A stretch of 64,000 nt of DNA from the NCBI GenBank assembly GCA_963823665.1, contig CAWGMQ010000004.1, positions 1,248,001-1,312,000 on the forward strand. Direction: 5' to 3'. Under the pieces are notes generated by a model. The model had not been told where the DNA came from, did not search any database, and saw only the letters and a program-made list of their open reading frames with translations. Source of the DNA: an uncultured Planctomycetota bacterium (GTDB lineage Bacteria; Planctomycetota; Planctomycetia; Isosphaerales; Isosphaeraceae). Within the stretch, counting starts at the first letter, position 1, and the number at the start of each line of letters is the position of its first letter. The position numbers were made by a program, and so were the translations under genes. Below are positions 63,801 through 64,000 of this stretch, in pieces.

Positions 63801-64000
63801 GACCCTCAGCATGACAGCCACTCCCTCGATCGCCGGCGGGATTGACCTGCATGTCACGCAAGTGGTGACGCCGGACGGACTCATCGTGACGCTCAGCGGA
63901 CCGCTCTCCGAGCCCAACCAGGTCACAATCTCGCAATTCAACCCTGCCGCCGGCGGTCCCGGCGGGGGCAGCGGCAGCGGTAAGGCGGGGCCGGGCCTAC
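54836..64000 (+). CDS. Giant exported protein: LExLExRxLL leader, Gly/Thr beta-helix repeats, CARDB/PPC/IPT-like domains, RHS/YD repeats, RHS core and long C-terminal tail (3' end outside the window; frameshifts near 56458, 57465 and 60430)
   Basis: ORFs 54740.., 56377.. and 57422.. plus an unlisted frame-1 ORF from about 60433 to the end with YTYD/YN repeats and RAYDPALGRFTSPDP...NLYVYAGNSPVAESDPLGL. Confidence 0.85.
55895..56959 (+). repeat. Near-identical intragenic tandem duplication (period 569 nt) with a third, more diverged copy upstream
   Basis: ggcatccaattgtcgggtacctacacc at 55691, 56258 and 56827; identical reverse-strand ORFs 56011..56223 and 56580..56792. Confidence 0.92.
62818..63207 (+). 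repeat. Six 63-nt (21-aa) tandem coding repeats after the RHS DPLGL site
   Basis: Consensus GD(A/P)GEIIxQSGQLGGTxPA(L/F)S; units 5 and 6 encode identical peptides. Confidence 0.92.

Noticed and set aside
73..63936. Many long antisense or alternate-frame ORFs (e.g. 73..1854, 5529..7166, 51121..52959, 60820..61824)
   Set aside because: Shadow ORFs expected in high-GC DNA; they overlap well-supported genes and have no recognisable motifs

Overview
GC-rich bacterial DNA, most likely from a planctomycete (inferred from LExLExRxLL export motifs, a DUF1552/DUF1592 pair and ECF sigma-Ser/Thr kinase pairs). Many conserved genes carry 1-nt frameshifts that look like long-read indel errors. Main blocks: (1) a minus-strand respiratory operon (about 2.6-12.55 kb) encoding a caa3 oxidase, diheme cytochrome c, Rieske protein, a cytochrome b-c fusion, a CtaG-polyferredoxin fusion and a YtkA-like protein; (2) a plus-strand run (12.85-21.0 kb) of a substrate-binding protein-OmpA fusion, ABC permease and ATPase, a coiled-coil membrane protein, a carbamoyltransferase, a RaSEA-like radical SAM protein and an SDR; (3) a perfect 34-bp-arm palindrome ahead of blaI and an M56 gene; (4) three TPR Ser/Thr kinases, two coupled to ECF sigma factors; (5) copper amine oxidase, Baeyer-Villiger monooxygenase and sugar-metabolism genes; (6) a decayed integron-cassette-like array with degenerate attC-like sites (40.3-43.1 kb); (7) a three-part chimeric gene remnant; (8) a giant LExLExRxLL / beta-helix / RHS protein from 54.8 kb to beyond the window end, whose RHS half is missing from the ORF track. 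No rRNA, tRNA or CRISPR array was recognised. All family calls come from motif recognition by eye, not from database searches.
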